From positions 1 to 64,000 of the forward strand of contig CBFFRP010000379.1 of assembly GCA_965644295.1 (NCBI GenBank): 64,000 bases of DNA, in the 5' to 3' direction. This DNA comes from Paraphysomonas bandaiensis. Its lineage: Eukaryota > Protista > Chrysophyceae. Position 1 is the stretch's first letter, and each line of letters begins with the position of its first letter. A model generated the notes under the pieces. It ran no database searches, had not been told where the DNA came from, and saw only the letters and a list, made by a program, of their open reading frames with translations. Position numbers and translations under genes: made by a program. This document shows positions 1 through 11,560 of the stretch, in pieces.

Positions 1-2
1 CT

Positions 3-1205
3 GATCTCAAATCAGAACTTTTCGCAGAACTGGTTAAGTTGTCAGGACTTCGTCATGTTTTTAGTATTGCCAACAGGCATGTCAATGGATGTGAGCGTAT
101 TATTAAGGAAGTGGTTCGTCACATCCGTGCTATTTGTTTTGACAAGCGAATCGAGGCTGATGCTGTTTTGGAGGACGAACTGTTACTTGCCACTATCATG
201 TTCATTCTGAATACCCACGAGAGTAGTGAGACGGGGTATTCTGCGTTCGAACTGACGTTTGGGTCCCAGGATTCTATCTATAAGAATCTTTTGGCTGCCC
301 AGGGGAGAGACAATGATCCGTCTCATCAGCTGTTGAAAAGGCTGAACGATTACTTAGCTCTAGTTCGCCAGATATCAGCAGATTACCAGAAGTCTCTAGT
401 TGAGAAACGAGCTGAAGCGGGTTTGGATCCTGCCAAACAAAACCAGTATTGTCCAGGCGATTTTGTTATGTTCGACGCTGGTGCTAAACCACATCCGAAA
501 TTATCCTCGAGGATGAAGGGTCCTTTCGAAGTGGTACGGCAATACAAGAATGATGTTCAAATTCGAAACCTTCTTACCGGGGGAATTCGGGAATACTCTG
601 TCTCTGATCTTGAGCCATTTTTCGGAGATAAGGAATCGGCTATTGAAGCGGCGATGCGAGACCATGAACAATTTAAGGTGGAGGAGATTCTTTCATATAC
701 GGGAGATTCACGAACCAAATCTACGATGGTCTTCAAGGTGAAGTATGCGGACGGCGATATCTTGGACATTCCATGGACACCGGATATTCAGTGTGAGGCA
801 TATTATGATTTCTGTGAGTCTAGGCCTTACTTGCGGCACCTCGCATACGACTCGTTTACTGCGAAGCGTTTTATTTCTTCAATGAGGAAAGAGAATATCA
901 CAACAGTGTCGGTTGGAGATACTGTCTATGTTGATCTCAGGTTCTACGGTGACCTGTGGTACGAGAGTCTTGGTTTACCGGATTATGCCACGGCCGCGTA
1001 TGTCATGGAATTCACGTACACCCATTGGTATCACAAGAATTCCAAACGCAAGATTAGCGCCCGTTTTAATCTCAACGGTTCCAACTATGCCTTCGACAAC
1101 TATTTGGTCTATTGTTGGGGGTCCCAGAAGGATTTTGACCCTGCTCGCATGATTTTGGTTGATGCGTCGCTCGCTGCGGCTTATCCCAAAATTATTCAGG
1201 AGTAG
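3..1205 (+). CDS. Gypsy Pol C-terminus: integrase core end, GPY/F motif, chromodomain; 5'-partial
   Basis: NGCERIIK (catalytic E region), HESSETGYSAFELTFG, KLSSRMKGPFEV (GPY/F), FKVEEIL...FKVKYADG...W chromodomain-like; frame is open from the window start. Confidence 0.85.
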   Translation, partial: DLKSELFAELVKLSGLRHVFSIANRHVNGCERIIKEVVRHIRAICFDKRIEADAVLEDELLLATIMFILNTHESSETGYSAFELTFGSQDSIYKNLLAAQGRDNDPSHQLLKRLNDYLALVRQISADYQKSLVEKRAEAGLDPAKQNQYCPGDFVMFDAGAKPHPKLSSRMKGPFEVVRQYKNDVQIRNLLTGGIREYSVSDLEPFFGDKESAIEAAMRDHEQFKVEEILSYTGDSRTKSTMVFKVKYADGDILDIPWTPDIQCEAYYDFCESRPYLRHLAYDSFTAKRFISSMRKENITTVSVGDTVYVDLRFYGDLWYESLGLPDYATAAYVMEFTYTHWYHKNSKRKISARFNLNGSNYAFDNYLVYCWGSQKDFDPARMILVDASLAAAYPKIIQE

Positions 1206-1216
1206 CTACGGCATCC

Positions 1217-1230
1217 GGGGGGAGAAAGGG
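1217..1230 (+). other. Polypurine tract of the LTR retrotransposon
   Basis: GGGGGGAGAAAGGG shortly after the pol stop and 3 nt before TGTAA. Confidence 0.8.
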
Positions 1231-1233
1231 TAA

Positions 1234-3208
1234 TGTAAAGCCGTGGGCTTTTATAACGCCCTTGGTAGTTTTATATGATGATATATATTGGTATAATAGG
1301 CGGTTATAGTATATGGAGAAGGAATGAACAAGTTTTATAAGTAGTTGATAGATTGAATTATTAGAGTGATCTAAAGGGAACGAAACAAGACTTACTAACC
1401 ATCATGGACACGACTTCTGTATTTCCTACGAGCTTTTCGAGGGGGATGAGTAATACCAGCGTGATTAGGAGGAGGCATACGGCAGCGATTGGGGTTAGGA
1501 AGCAGTGATACACACAATTTCGTGGGCCTACGTGATTGCCACCCGTTGGTTTACACCTATATCCATATAGCAGTCGGTGTAACAGCGATTTGAGTTAGGA
1601 AACATTGATTGGTACCGCATGTGCGATATTCGTAGTCCATTCATCATTATGAGAAGCTTTCTGATGGTTTTGAACAGCTCTATGTGCTTGCTCATCGTTC
1701 CGGACTATGATATACGATTATTTTCCCATTATCACACACCATCGATTTTCTGTGGAATGGGGAGGAATTCGTAGGGTGCCATTGGGCACAGATGCATAGG
1801 TGTTCTAGGCATGCTGATGGTAAAATTTCCCTATGTATAGATGGCTAGGTCTGTTGTACACTGGTTCGCAGGAATGGCGATGTTTAACGGGTTGAAATGT
1901 GATTGCAGTTGTCATGAAATGTGCTTGCAATTTTTGTGGATTCGAAGATTGTCATTTTTGGGTGTTTGTGGCTCGAAAATCGGCGATTTTCTGCAATTCT
2001 CAAAAATTGGGGATTTTTGGGTTTTTTGGGACTCAAAAATCGGAGGTTTTTGGAAAAGACCTATTTAGGCGTATTTCAGGGGGTTTTTGACTATAAACGA
2101 TGTAGGATATGAATCGTATGTAGTGTAGTACATGTTTGAGCATATTGTACGGTTGTGGTTGCATTCAATGTCCTGTGTATGAGGAGGAGTCTTTAGACTA
2201 GGGGTCTGTCTTTCGTTTTGCTTGTAACTTAGTTTTTAATAATAATTCTCTATGAAATTAACATAGTTGGTTGACTGATCTGTCTATTGGGAGCTTTAGA
2301 TTGCAGGATACAGGGGAGCTTGTGTTTCTGGCTGTTGGTTTCTTAAAGAGTTATTATTATAGCTTTCTGTTTTGTTGTTTCGATAAACAACCATTTCATA
2401 TCTTTTCAGTGATCTTAGGTTGCAAGACCTGAGTTGTTCATAGCCTCGTACTCTATATCGGCAATTGAAGAAGCAGTGGTCGTTAGCGAGTACAATGGTA
2501 ATGCAGCTCTGGACATATTGTTCAATTTTCACGATAATCTGCTCGCTTATAAGTATGTTCGGTATGTGTGCTGCAATCACATTAAGATGGCAGTTAGGAG
2601 CGAGCTGCATCTCCTCTCAGCAACCGCACTGTATACCGTATATACTGTATATGATGTATTTGCAGTATTCCTCTATCGTATGTATGCGTCTATATCACTC
2701 GTAGGTATACAGTATCAGTATACTGTACCCTACACTGTATAAATACAGGAAGCGAATACTGAACCAATGCTTTCCCTATTCTCAATTCTGATTGGTCGAG
2801 TGCCCATTATCGTTTAGATGAGCAGCAGTTGAGAGTGTATACGGCAGAGTTCATACATTAATGTGTAGAGTATGAAGAAGAAGAATTCTCCAAGAACATT
2901 CATAAATATCGTCACTCCTTCGCAGAAAATTTGGATTTAGTCACTGTGTGGCTGTCAACGCCCAAGCGCATCGTCATTCTTTTTAGTTAAGCTTGTTCTC
3001 TCTTTGTTGGTTGTTGTAGCTCGTCACTTTTTCTGTTTAGTACTGAACTGCATAGCTGGTGAGTTGTGCTTTAGTTTCTTGGGGTGCCGAGAAGCATTTA
3101 GTACTGCAGAAGTAGTATAAGTTAATAATAAGCAGCATTCTCTCTGTTAAAGCGAGTTTTAGCTTATTTAGAGTTTGGCTCTCAGGTCCCAACCTGAGTT
3201 CCATTGCA
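1234..3208 (+). repeat. Probable 3' LTR (~2 kb)
   Basis: TG...CA termini (TGTAA/TTGCA); no convincing coding content; right end coincides with the break in the penton gene; partner LTR not in window. Confidence 0.6.
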
Positions 3209-3738
3209 GGTGTAGCACTATTTATATTATTTAAAACGAAATTTGACGATGCTATTAAAACGTTTCTCACTGTAAATAAATTTATACCAATTGTTGATAA
3301 TAATGTTAATGAATCTGAATAATAGGGTATATTATCTTCAAATCCTAATAATTCAAAACAGGTTGAAGTATTTGAAAAAGAAAAATCATAAGTACTATGG
3401 GTAAATTGTAATTTATTAGTTGATGAGTTATAAGTTATTGTAAATCCTGGTTCTAAATTGGACTGTAAAAACCTTATTAAAGTTCTAATATTATAATTGG
3501 CTTTTGTAATTGTAAGTGAATATGAGATACTATTTAATGTATAATTCAGTGTGTTATTGGTTGAATTAACATTATAAAAAGAGTACGGTATAGAGGCATC
3601 AATTACTGATATATAGGCTTTATGACGTCGTTTAACGTCTATCTTCGGTAATATAAAAATACAATCAGTAGTTTTATTATTTAGGTATTGATTAGCTGTC
3701 TTGCTGTTTAGAACAATCTGTATTTTCTCCATTAACAT
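3209..3738 (-). pseudogene. Penton (minor capsid protein) interrupted by the LTR retrotransposon
   Basis: LNSKTANQY..DCIFILP, IPYSFYNV, STCFELLGF, INLFTVRNV match the 244-aa penton; homology stops after NNINSATP at 3209. Confidence 0.85.
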
Positions 3739-3907
3739 TATCAGATATATTTATATTTGCAAAATCATAAGTCAACATGTCTGTATCTATATTATTATTT
3801 CTGTTTAATTTTGGTGTGTCTAAGTTAATTACTTTGTCTAAGTCTATAACATTTTTCTTTGGAAATTCATAATTATCATAGTCTATTTCCCATTCTAGGC
3901 CGTCCAT
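3692..3907 (-). CDS. Small acidic viral hypothetical protein overlapping the penton start
   Basis: Same position and overlap as ORF 19163-19507 in the complete PLV; LDKVINLD resembles LDEVIDIN. Confidence 0.5.
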   Translation of the reverse strand: MDGLEWEIDYDNYEFPKKNVIDLDKVINLDTPKLNRNNNIDTDMLTYDFANINISDNVNGENTDCSKQQDS

Positions 3908-3947
3908 ATATAAGTATATCACATAATATATTTATATATTTTACATC

Positions 3948-3990
3948 TAAGGGATAATTTCGCGAACAATTATCGCATTTTTATCCCTTA
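3948..3990. terminator. Hairpin copy 1 (TAAGGGATAA/TTATCCCTTA stem), putative 3'-end signal
   Basis: 10-bp perfect inverted repeat plus inner GCG/CGC stem. Confidence 0.45.
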
Positions 3991-4110
3991 ATTTACCTTA
4001 TCAGTTTATCAGTTGCATTTTTTTATAATATTTTATTTCCATCCTACAGAATTACTGTGATATTCACCATATATAAGTATATCACATAATATATTTATAT
4101 ATTTTACATC

Positions 4111-4153
4111 TAAGGGATAATTTCCCCGAAAATTTAGGGATTTTTATCCCTTA
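4111..4153. terminator. Hairpin copy 2, just downstream of ORF 4172-4618
   Basis: Same outer stem, inner CCC/GGG stem; about 18 nt past the stop codon on the minus strand. Confidence 0.5.
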
Positions 4154-4171
4154 ATTTACCTTATCAGTTTA

Positions 4172-4618
4172 TCAATCATCATCATCATCCATTAGTTTGT
4201 CAACAACATTTAATGAATATTTCCATTTTTTTGTTTTCATTTTTCTTTTATTTCCGTCGTTTTCTATGATGTATTCAATTGCATTTAAGAGTTTATCCCA
4301 TAAATAACGGCCATCTTTAGTAATAACTTCGTTTTTTCTTTCTTTTAAATTATTATCGTTAATATATTGTTCTGAACAATTATTTAAAAATGTAGAAAAT
4401 TCATAAGGATAATGTAACATAGCGACATCAAAACGTTTTTTAAAACGTCTGTGTATTACATCCTGAACTTCATCAACTGTTTTACTTAATTTATGCTTTT
4501 TGCAGTCAGAACAATCACGATGTTTATATATTATATCGTTATCATCCACGCATTCACCTTTTGCTTCATCATCAACATTTTCACAACATATGAAATATTT
4601 TATATCTGTGTGTGGCAT
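4172..4618 (-). CDS. Viral hypothetical protein (Cys/His-containing), paralog of 5018-5449
   Basis: 148-aa ORF with AT-rich leader; shares KYFxCCxNVD, DCxKHKL and YIIENDG with its neighbour. Confidence 0.65.
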   Translation of the reverse strand: MPHTDIKYFICCENVDDEAKGECVDDNDIIYKHRDCSDCKKHKLSKTVDEVQDVIHRRFKKRFDVAMLHYPYEFSTFLNNCSEQYINDNNLKERKNEVITKDGRYLWDKLLNAIEYIIENDGNKRKMKTKKWKYSLNVVDKLMDDDDD

Positions 4619-4654
4619 TATAATAATAGCATATATTTATATTATTATAATATT

Positions 4655-4939
4655 TTATTTCCATCCTACAGAATCACTGCGATATTCACCGTGTAGAAAA
4701 TCATATTTTCTTAATAATTCAGTCCTTTTATCTTCGTCCTTATTTTCATATATGATTAATTGCCGTTCATTTAATAGCTCTACTTGTAGTTCTTTCTTTT
4801 GTTTCTGAAGTTCTGATAATGTAATTTTCATGTCTTCTATTTCTCTATCTAAATTTCTTATCTCTTCCTGAATTTTAGGCATATGCGTTTTTCTAATACT
4901 GTATACTTCACCTTTCAACTTTAATAAATACTCACTCAT
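4655..4939 (-). CDS. Viral hypothetical coiled-coil protein
   Basis: 94-aa K/E/L-rich ORF with TATTATA-ATG leader. Confidence 0.55.
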   Translation of the reverse strand: MSEYLLKLKGEVYSIRKTHMPKIQEEIRNLDREIEDMKITLSELQKQKKELQVELLNERQLIIYENKDEDKRTELLRKYDFLHGEYRSDSVGWK

Positions 4940-5017
4940 TATAATATATGACTATATATTTTTTTTAATTATTTTATATTTTTACATATGTAATAATTGA
5001 AATAAATTATAGTATTT

Positions 5018-5449
5018 TTAATGTGTTAGTTTATCAATAATATTCATTGAATATACCCACTTATCCGTTTCCATTTTCTCTTTATCGCCGTCATTTTCAA
5101 TGATATAAACAACTGAATCCCAAAACTTATTTTTAAGATAAAATTCATCTTGAACATCATCATCTTCGTTTTCTCTTAAACCTGATTTAATAATAAATTT
5201 TTCATGCCAATCGTAACATTCAGGTGTATTGTTTACTGGTCTAAAAGTAAAAAAATTGCTACTTTAAAAACCCTTTTCAAACCGTTTGCTTATTATATCA
5301 TTGACTTCATCAGCTGGCCTATTTAACTTATGTTTTAGACAGTCAAATGGATCATTATGAATGTACTTTTTATGTTTGTAGTAGTACTTACCGTTACGCT
5401 CGGAATCAACATTACTACAACAATGAAAATATTTTAATTCTTTTGACAT
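5018..5449 (-). pseudogene. Paralog of 4172-4618 with an in-frame TAA at 5264-5266
   Basis: Reading past the stop gives ...FWDSVVYIIENDGDKEKMETDKWVYSMNIIDKL, matching the paralog C-terminus. Confidence 0.7.
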
Positions 5450-6025
5450 TATAATATAACTATATATTTTTTTATTATTTTATATTCTTATATATGTAAA
5501 ACAGGGAGTAAAATACGGCATGTCTATATATAGTGTTAAACAGGTCTATTGTTCCGTCTATCTGTTGTAATTGTTCGGTGTTTAAGTCAGGGTTGGTTGA
5601 TTGTTTGGTTAATAGGGTCGGTTGATTGTTTGGTATAAAGGGTTGGTTGATCGCTGGGGTTAATATGTATAGTATTATTTTATTTTGATTGCATTTTTTT
5701 TGACATTTTTGTTGAAAATATTTATTTCTGATATTTATTTTTTAGAAAAAAGTTTTTTTTAAAGAAAAATGTTGTAAAAAATGTAGTGTATACTGTTACA
5801 AAATTTGTGAAAATAAGATTTTTTTTGCATTTTTTATTGTGAAAGGTGACACGACATTTTTTATGCAAAAAAGTGTATAAAAAAATGTAATGTACAATAT
5901 TGGAAGCACTTGTACGTGATAAAGAGTAATACCATAGGGGCAAGGGTTGGTGTAAGTTAATAGTTTGCATGGTCACGGTTAACACTGTACAGGGGGTGAA
6001 ATCCCCCTCTTCTCTCTCTTTTTTT

Positions 6026-6170
6026 GCTTTCGTAGCGTTAAATAGTAGGATAAAAGAGTTTGTATTGATTAGTTACGGGTAGTGGTCTAACTAGTATGAC
6101 TAGCATTCTTCTAGCCACTAATTGATGCAAGGTCTCAACGCCTATTGCTAAATAATCAGACATTCACTTT
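6026..6170 (+). repeat. Dispersed host repeat (arm of a MITE-like family)
   Basis: GCTTTCGTAGCGTTAAATAGTAGGATAAAAGAG...CCTATTGCTAA also at ~29018-29183 (inverted), ~29564-29720 and ~61546-61710. Confidence 0.75.
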
Positions 6171-6770
6171 TTTTTTTTATGTGGTACTTAATGAAATAAT
6201 TATAACTCATACAGACATACATGCTTTATATTGAGAAGCTTGTGTTGTGATATAGTATCACTTTAAAAACCAATTAATGTAATTGGCAATTATTGCCAAT
6301 AATTTGAAAACCAATTTATTGTTTACGCAAGCCTGACAGTAAGAACATCTATTATAGCAAGAGCTGATACGCATATTTACAGCTTGTATTTAGAGTAAGT
6401 ACTACGGTGTAGATGCGTAGATTGTATCAGCCGAGTCATCATAAGAGACCCGTTATATAGATACTCAAGACTAAAGCTAAACCATAGCAAAATTATATAG
6501 GTTGCACCTGTGATGGTTTATTACATAGTAGTGTGCGACTAGTAAATTACATTAACAGAAGTCTTCATACCATATTGAGCGTGAGAAATTACCTCTCAAC
6601 GTTACCTCTGTTAAACTCTGACTTCGCTTCAACATACAGCGCATTGTCTGCTTCAGAACGCCGCTGACATAGCATAGTTTTTTTCGCATTGTCGAGCCCC
6701 CCTTTCACTGTGAACAGAATGCAAAGAATCGTACGCATTCTCTACGAAATTATAAATATAATCATACACA

Positions 6771-7925
6771 TTATCCGACTTGAGAACACATTATTCTGAA
6801 GGCCCTTCTCAGGGAAAGTAATTTAATTCTTTCTTCATGCAAAGCTAGCAGTCTCAAACACTTAAGCATTACAGTCCGGGCTCTTGATGTAATGATTTGA
6901 AAGCAGTTCACAATGGCAGCCCCATCTTTGACTGAGGCTCTGCTGTCACTCTGTGAGGTGTTATCCACATTTATGAGGACATGTATAGCTCTATACAGCT
7001 GAGTTGGTACGAACAACTCCAATACCATGATCGACTTATCGCTTGATACATTAGTCTCACTGTCCTCCAAGTGAACGGAACTAATATTGTAGAGCGGTAT
7101 GGACAAACATTGCGGAGGAACGTTATCAACGTTGCCATCATTCGAAATATGGTTTTCATTGATAAGGAAAGCAACCAGAAAAACCTCCCGGTGAATTCTG
7201 CATTGATAATCTAGAAAAACAGCCTGATGCTCAGGAATACCCAGTGAGTGAACTGTCAGGGTACAAATTCTAAGTGCAATGCTAGACTCCTGCAGGCACG
7301 AGATATAATCCGACAGCAGAGATTGTTCCGCAGCTATAATTGCTGGTTTCGCATTGATAACATGTTGGGGGTCACTAGATTCTACTATTCCTGCAAGACT
7401 ACCGAATAGGTCCATGCCTATCACTTGAGACACAGGGCGAAAAAAATCTGAGCTGTCTGACGAGCCCAATATAATATTCCACAATACTACTTGAATATGT
7501 TTCATCGACCTTCGTCGGATATCCTGACTCACATCATCAATCTTTTGGTCAATATCAGCCTCATATTTCTCAAAAAAAGGTTCGATTATTCGGGTATACA
7601 GCTGATATGCTCCTTGGGTTCTTGGCAATGTCAACCAGCACACCAGAACTACTTTTAACTCATAATAAAAAGGAATTTTCCACAAAATAAAATCAAATAT
7701 AGATTCGAAAAGAATAAAGAAAGAAAAAACAGACCAATACGTTAACCACTCCTTCAGATCGTCTTCATTGTTGGAAATAACAGCCTTCGCGGAGCACAAT
7801 GATGGGAGTATGTATCCAAACAATGATAGCAGAACTCCTGATACGGTTGTGCGCAAAGAACAGAGCCATGATACATATAAGCTTGATGACATCGGGACAG
7901 CTCTGGGAATTAATGTTGATAGCAT
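6771..7925 (-). CDS. REEP/Yop1/HVA22 (TB2/DP1) family ER membrane protein
   Basis: GYILPS..SAKA, WLTYWSVFS, IPFYYELKV..VCWLTLP...GA..LY...IEPFF signature. Confidence 0.88.
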   Translation of the reverse strand: MLSTLIPRAVPMSSSLYVSWLCSLRTTVSGVLLSLFGYILPSLCSAKAVISNNEDDLKEWLTYWSVFSFFILFESIFDFILWKIPFYYELKVVLVCWLTLPRTQGAYQLYTRIIEPFFEKYEADIDQKIDDVSQDIRRRSMKHIQVVLWNIILGSSDSSDFFRPVSQVIGMDLFGSLAGIVESSDPQHVINAKPAIIAAEQSLLSDYISCLQESSIALRICTLTVHSLGIPEHQAVFLDYQCRIHREVFLVAFLINENHISNDGNVDNVPPQCLSIPLYNISSVHLEDSETNVSSDKSIMVLELFVPTQLYRAIHVLINVDNTSQSDSRASVKDGAAIVNCFQIITSRARTVMLKCLRLLALHEERIKLLSLRRAFRIMCSQVG

Positions 7926-8233
7926 GGATTGAGGTAAGAGGCAGAGTTGGTGTTACTACTCGTACTTCACTTGTATTCTATCACTGGAATACCGCAAGCC
8001 TACTATGTACACGGTATACTGATGTATTCCGGTCTATACGTTGAGCGGAAGGGCGGTGGTCCACATATTTTTGTTTCGAGTGTTTGCAATGAACTAAAAA
8101 AATATGCTGCAGGCCATATGAGCATGAGCATGTATTCTGTGTATGTGTAGCTATAGAGAAGCATACGTGTGAGGTTCTAGTAGACTTATTTAACATATTA
8201 CGTTGTTAGACCACCTTACCACACTCATCCATA

Positions 8234-10239
8234 ATGCTATCTCGTAGTCACGGAAGGGTTATCAGAGCGGTGTTTTCTTCTCACGCAAGAAGCACGAGCT
8301 CTGCCCCGACAGTAAAGAATTTCATTAACGGAAAATTTGAGGAGTCGAAAGCTACCAAATGGATCGATGTACGCAATCCAGCTACTCAGGAGATCGTCTG
8401 TCGTGTCCCTCAATGTACGTATTGATTGACATGTGATTTTTTTGGGTTAATTGTGATCTAGCAACTCCAGAGGAGCTCGCTAGGGCTGAGGCTGGAGCCA
8501 AAGAGGCCTTTATTAAGTGGAAGGAGGTCCCTATCCAGCAGAGGCAGCGTGTTTTCTTCAAGTTTCAAGCGCTGATTCGCGAGCACACCGAGGAGCTCGC
8601 ACATAGCATCACCACTGAGCAGGGCAAGACCTTGGGAGATGCCCGAGGAGATGTATTCCGCGGCCTGGAGGTGGTTGAAACTGCTTGTAATGCTGCCACC
8701 GTGCTCATGGGTGAGACTTCCGAGAACTTGGCTCGGGGTCTTGACACATACTCTTACCGTCAGCCCCTTGGTGTCACTGCAGGCATCTGTCCCTTTAACT
8801 TCCCGGCCATGATCCCCATGTGGATGTTTTCATTGGCAACCGTCTGCGGCAACACCATGCTCGTCAAGCCTTCTGAGCGTGACCCGGGTATTTACACATG
8901 CTATACACAGCATTTTAATTATTGTGCGGCGATATATGTCTATATATGGTTATTTTGTGTGTTCACTGTGATTGTACGAGAAGCACTTCCTTCTTACCGT
9001 ATATCCAGGTGCCACTATGATCCTTGCGAAGCTCCTTCAAGAGGCAGGATTACCTGATGGGGTTATGCAAGTTGTGCACGGTGCGCATGACACGGTGAAC
9101 TTTTTGTGCGATGCACCGGCTGTTAAGGCCATCTCATTCGTTGGAGGCAATGCTGCTGGAGAATATATATTTGCTCGGTTCGTGAAATATTTTGCCTGAG
9201 TATCTTCTCAAATTTCTTATGATTTATCGATACAGTGGAACTGCCAATGGCAAACGTGTGCAGGCCAACCTTGGAGCCAAGAATCATGCCACTATTATGC
9301 CTGATGCTGACAAGGAGGCCACTCTTAACGCTTTGGTAGGTGCTGCTTTCGGTGCTGCTGGTAAGTGTGTACACCTGCTATAGTGCTCCGAAATATACGG
9401 AGATGTTGCTTGGCCGTACTAATATTGTGTTGTGTATTATTAACCCAGGCCAGCGCTGTATGGCATTGTCGACTGTTATCTTTGTCGGGGAGACTGTCAA
9501 GTGGATTCCTGAGCTTGTAGAAAAGGCTAAAGTCCTGAAGGTTGGATCGGGTATGGTCCTGCATTGTTTTCGTTCTTCTGAAAAATATGATGTGTCTCTA
9601 TTGTATTTCACAGGCATGGATGCGGACACTGATGTGGGCCCTGTCATATCTCCCGAGGCTAAGGAGCGTATTGAGCGCTTGATACAGGCCGGTATCGATG
9701 ATGGTGCTCAGTGCCTACTTGACGGCAGGGGAACTACAGTGAAGGGATACGAGAAAGGAAACTTTGTGGGCCCCACTATTTTGCATGGGGTAGACAAAAA
9801 CAACTTGGCGTACACTGAGGAGATTTTTGGCCCTGTTTTGGTGACTCTAGGTGTGGATACTTTGGAAGATGCTATTGCCTTCACGAACTCTTCTCCCTAT
9901 GGCAATGGGTGTGCAATCTTCACTCAGAGCGGTGCTGCTGCTCGTAAATACCAACACGAAGTGGATGTTGGGCAAGTTGGTATCAATGTACCCATCCCGG
10001 TCCCTCTGCCAATGTTTTCCTTTACCGGGTCCAGAGGCAGCATTAGAGGAGATGTCCATTTCTACGGCAAGCAGGTATGGCAGTGTTGCGTTGACACATA
10101 CTTTGAGTTAACGATAAACTATGTATCGCAGGGCCCCATGTTTTACACCCAAATCAAGACCATCACTTCTAACTGGGACTACAAGCCAGCTGCTAGCCGT
10201 GTGTCCATGGTCATGCCTACTCACGACAAGCACAACTAG
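8234..10239 (+). CDS. ALDH6A1: Methylmalonate-semialdehyde dehydrogenase, mitochondrial, multi-exon
   Basis: [87 protein letters not shown]; GT-AG introns. Confidence 0.95.
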
Positions 10240-11028
10240 AGCGGCATATAAACAACGTGTTGTGGCACAAACGTTGTGGTGTGTGTGGTCTATTCAGTAG
10301 ACATGGAAGTATATGCGATATTGCATCGGATAATTATGCTAATCTCTGTGTAGCTGAATTCTGATAACATAGTAGCATGCATGCTTTTGTCATCTTAATA
10401 GTAAAACAACTTCACATTAAGTACAGTATGGTGACCACTGTGCGCGGGATGTGTGCCCTTTATCCCACGTAAATATTATACATCCACTTCGATAGTCATA
10501 TCAATACTTAACTAACTGAACGTAATTCTTAACCAATGCTGTAATTATAAATTTGCAAGGGTGAGGCTTATTAATAAATACTGAATTCTGAAAGTTAAAA
10601 GTGACTTTTTTGTAGCTTATTAGCCATAAAATTCAGTGTTCAGTGTGGATCACAGAATTGAAATTGCACAGAAAAGGCCTCTACAGTGATGAGGCGGGAT
10701 TACTGAATAATGAGTTTATCACTGAAAATAGATACCATAATATAATACCATATACATGAACTTTATAGTTTAAAGCGCTAACTCTAACACACTGTAATAA
10801 GTAAGTCATCCACTTACACATAGCCCAGGGCCTGGTAACCATTAACGATATCATGCCACTCTACAGCTACTTTTTAAGGTTCCAGGAACTAAACTGCCAT
10901 TAAAGATTTCCAGGTCCTGACATTGCTATATTATTGTAGGTTTAGAAGCATGTCATTTTAACAAACCGACAGTATACTTCATATTAGCATTTGACATATT
11001 TTGGGTGGTGGAATAACTTAAGTAGCTG

Positions 11029-11430
11029 AAAAAAAAAGCAGGATGGTTTATACGCTCCGCTTGCAGGCAATGGGGTCCATTAAATCGAATCCCTAAAACC
11101 AATCCTATATTATAATTTTTAAAAAGTAATATAATTCATTTTTATATAACATTTTAATAATTCATTTTATATATATCTTTTTTATAATATATTATATATT
11201 AAGGGTTGAGGGTTTAGGGTAATTTTCAAGAGAAATAAAAATAGATAAAATAGTTATAATTATTATAATATGAGAAAGGGCATCAACCCTATACTCAACA
11301 CCAGCAGTAAAATAATATAGAGAGAATAGCAGTAGATTTTAAGATTGAAGTCCGCAGTAGCTACAAACGAGCTCGCCACCATACCTACTACACTATCTTA
11401 TCGTACCCACACAATACCCTCATCACTGTC
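11029..11430 (+). repeat. Left terminal inverted repeat
   Basis: Reverse complement of 28298-28699; identical by eye over the outer 388 bp, 2 mismatches in the inner 14 bp; the first two A may belong to the TSD. Confidence 0.97.
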
Positions 11431-11560
11431 TACTTATGTACTATGTCTTTAAGTCATATCGATATTTCAAAAAGGTTTAAAGAATTGATTTGTTGATTTC
11501 ATACCTAAAGTATTTCAACTTAAATAACACTTAAGTAATAAGCAATATAGATAATTATAA

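Larger units (their letters stand above)
1..3208 (+). mobile_element. Ty3/Gypsy LTR retrotransposon, 3' part (integrase-chromodomain, PPT, probable 3' LTR); continues left of the window
   Basis: Integrase C-terminus with chromodomain, purine tract at 1217-1230, TGTAA at 1234 and TTGCA ending at 3208 exactly where PLV penton homology resumes. Confidence 0.8.
3209..6025. mobile_element. Right-end portion of a second, related Polinton-like virus
   Basis: AT-rich intronless ORFs including a penton homolog of 18439-19173 with an overlapping upstream acidic ORF; ends in CTCTCTC-T7, resembling the T-run terminus of the complete element. Confidence 0.75.

Noticed and set aside
1841-2112. Three overlapping short ORFs
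   Set aside because: Low-complexity short repeats inside the candidate LTR
3037-3208. C-terminus of the 233-aa ORF
   Set aside because: Read-through into the candidate LTR; not penton-homologous
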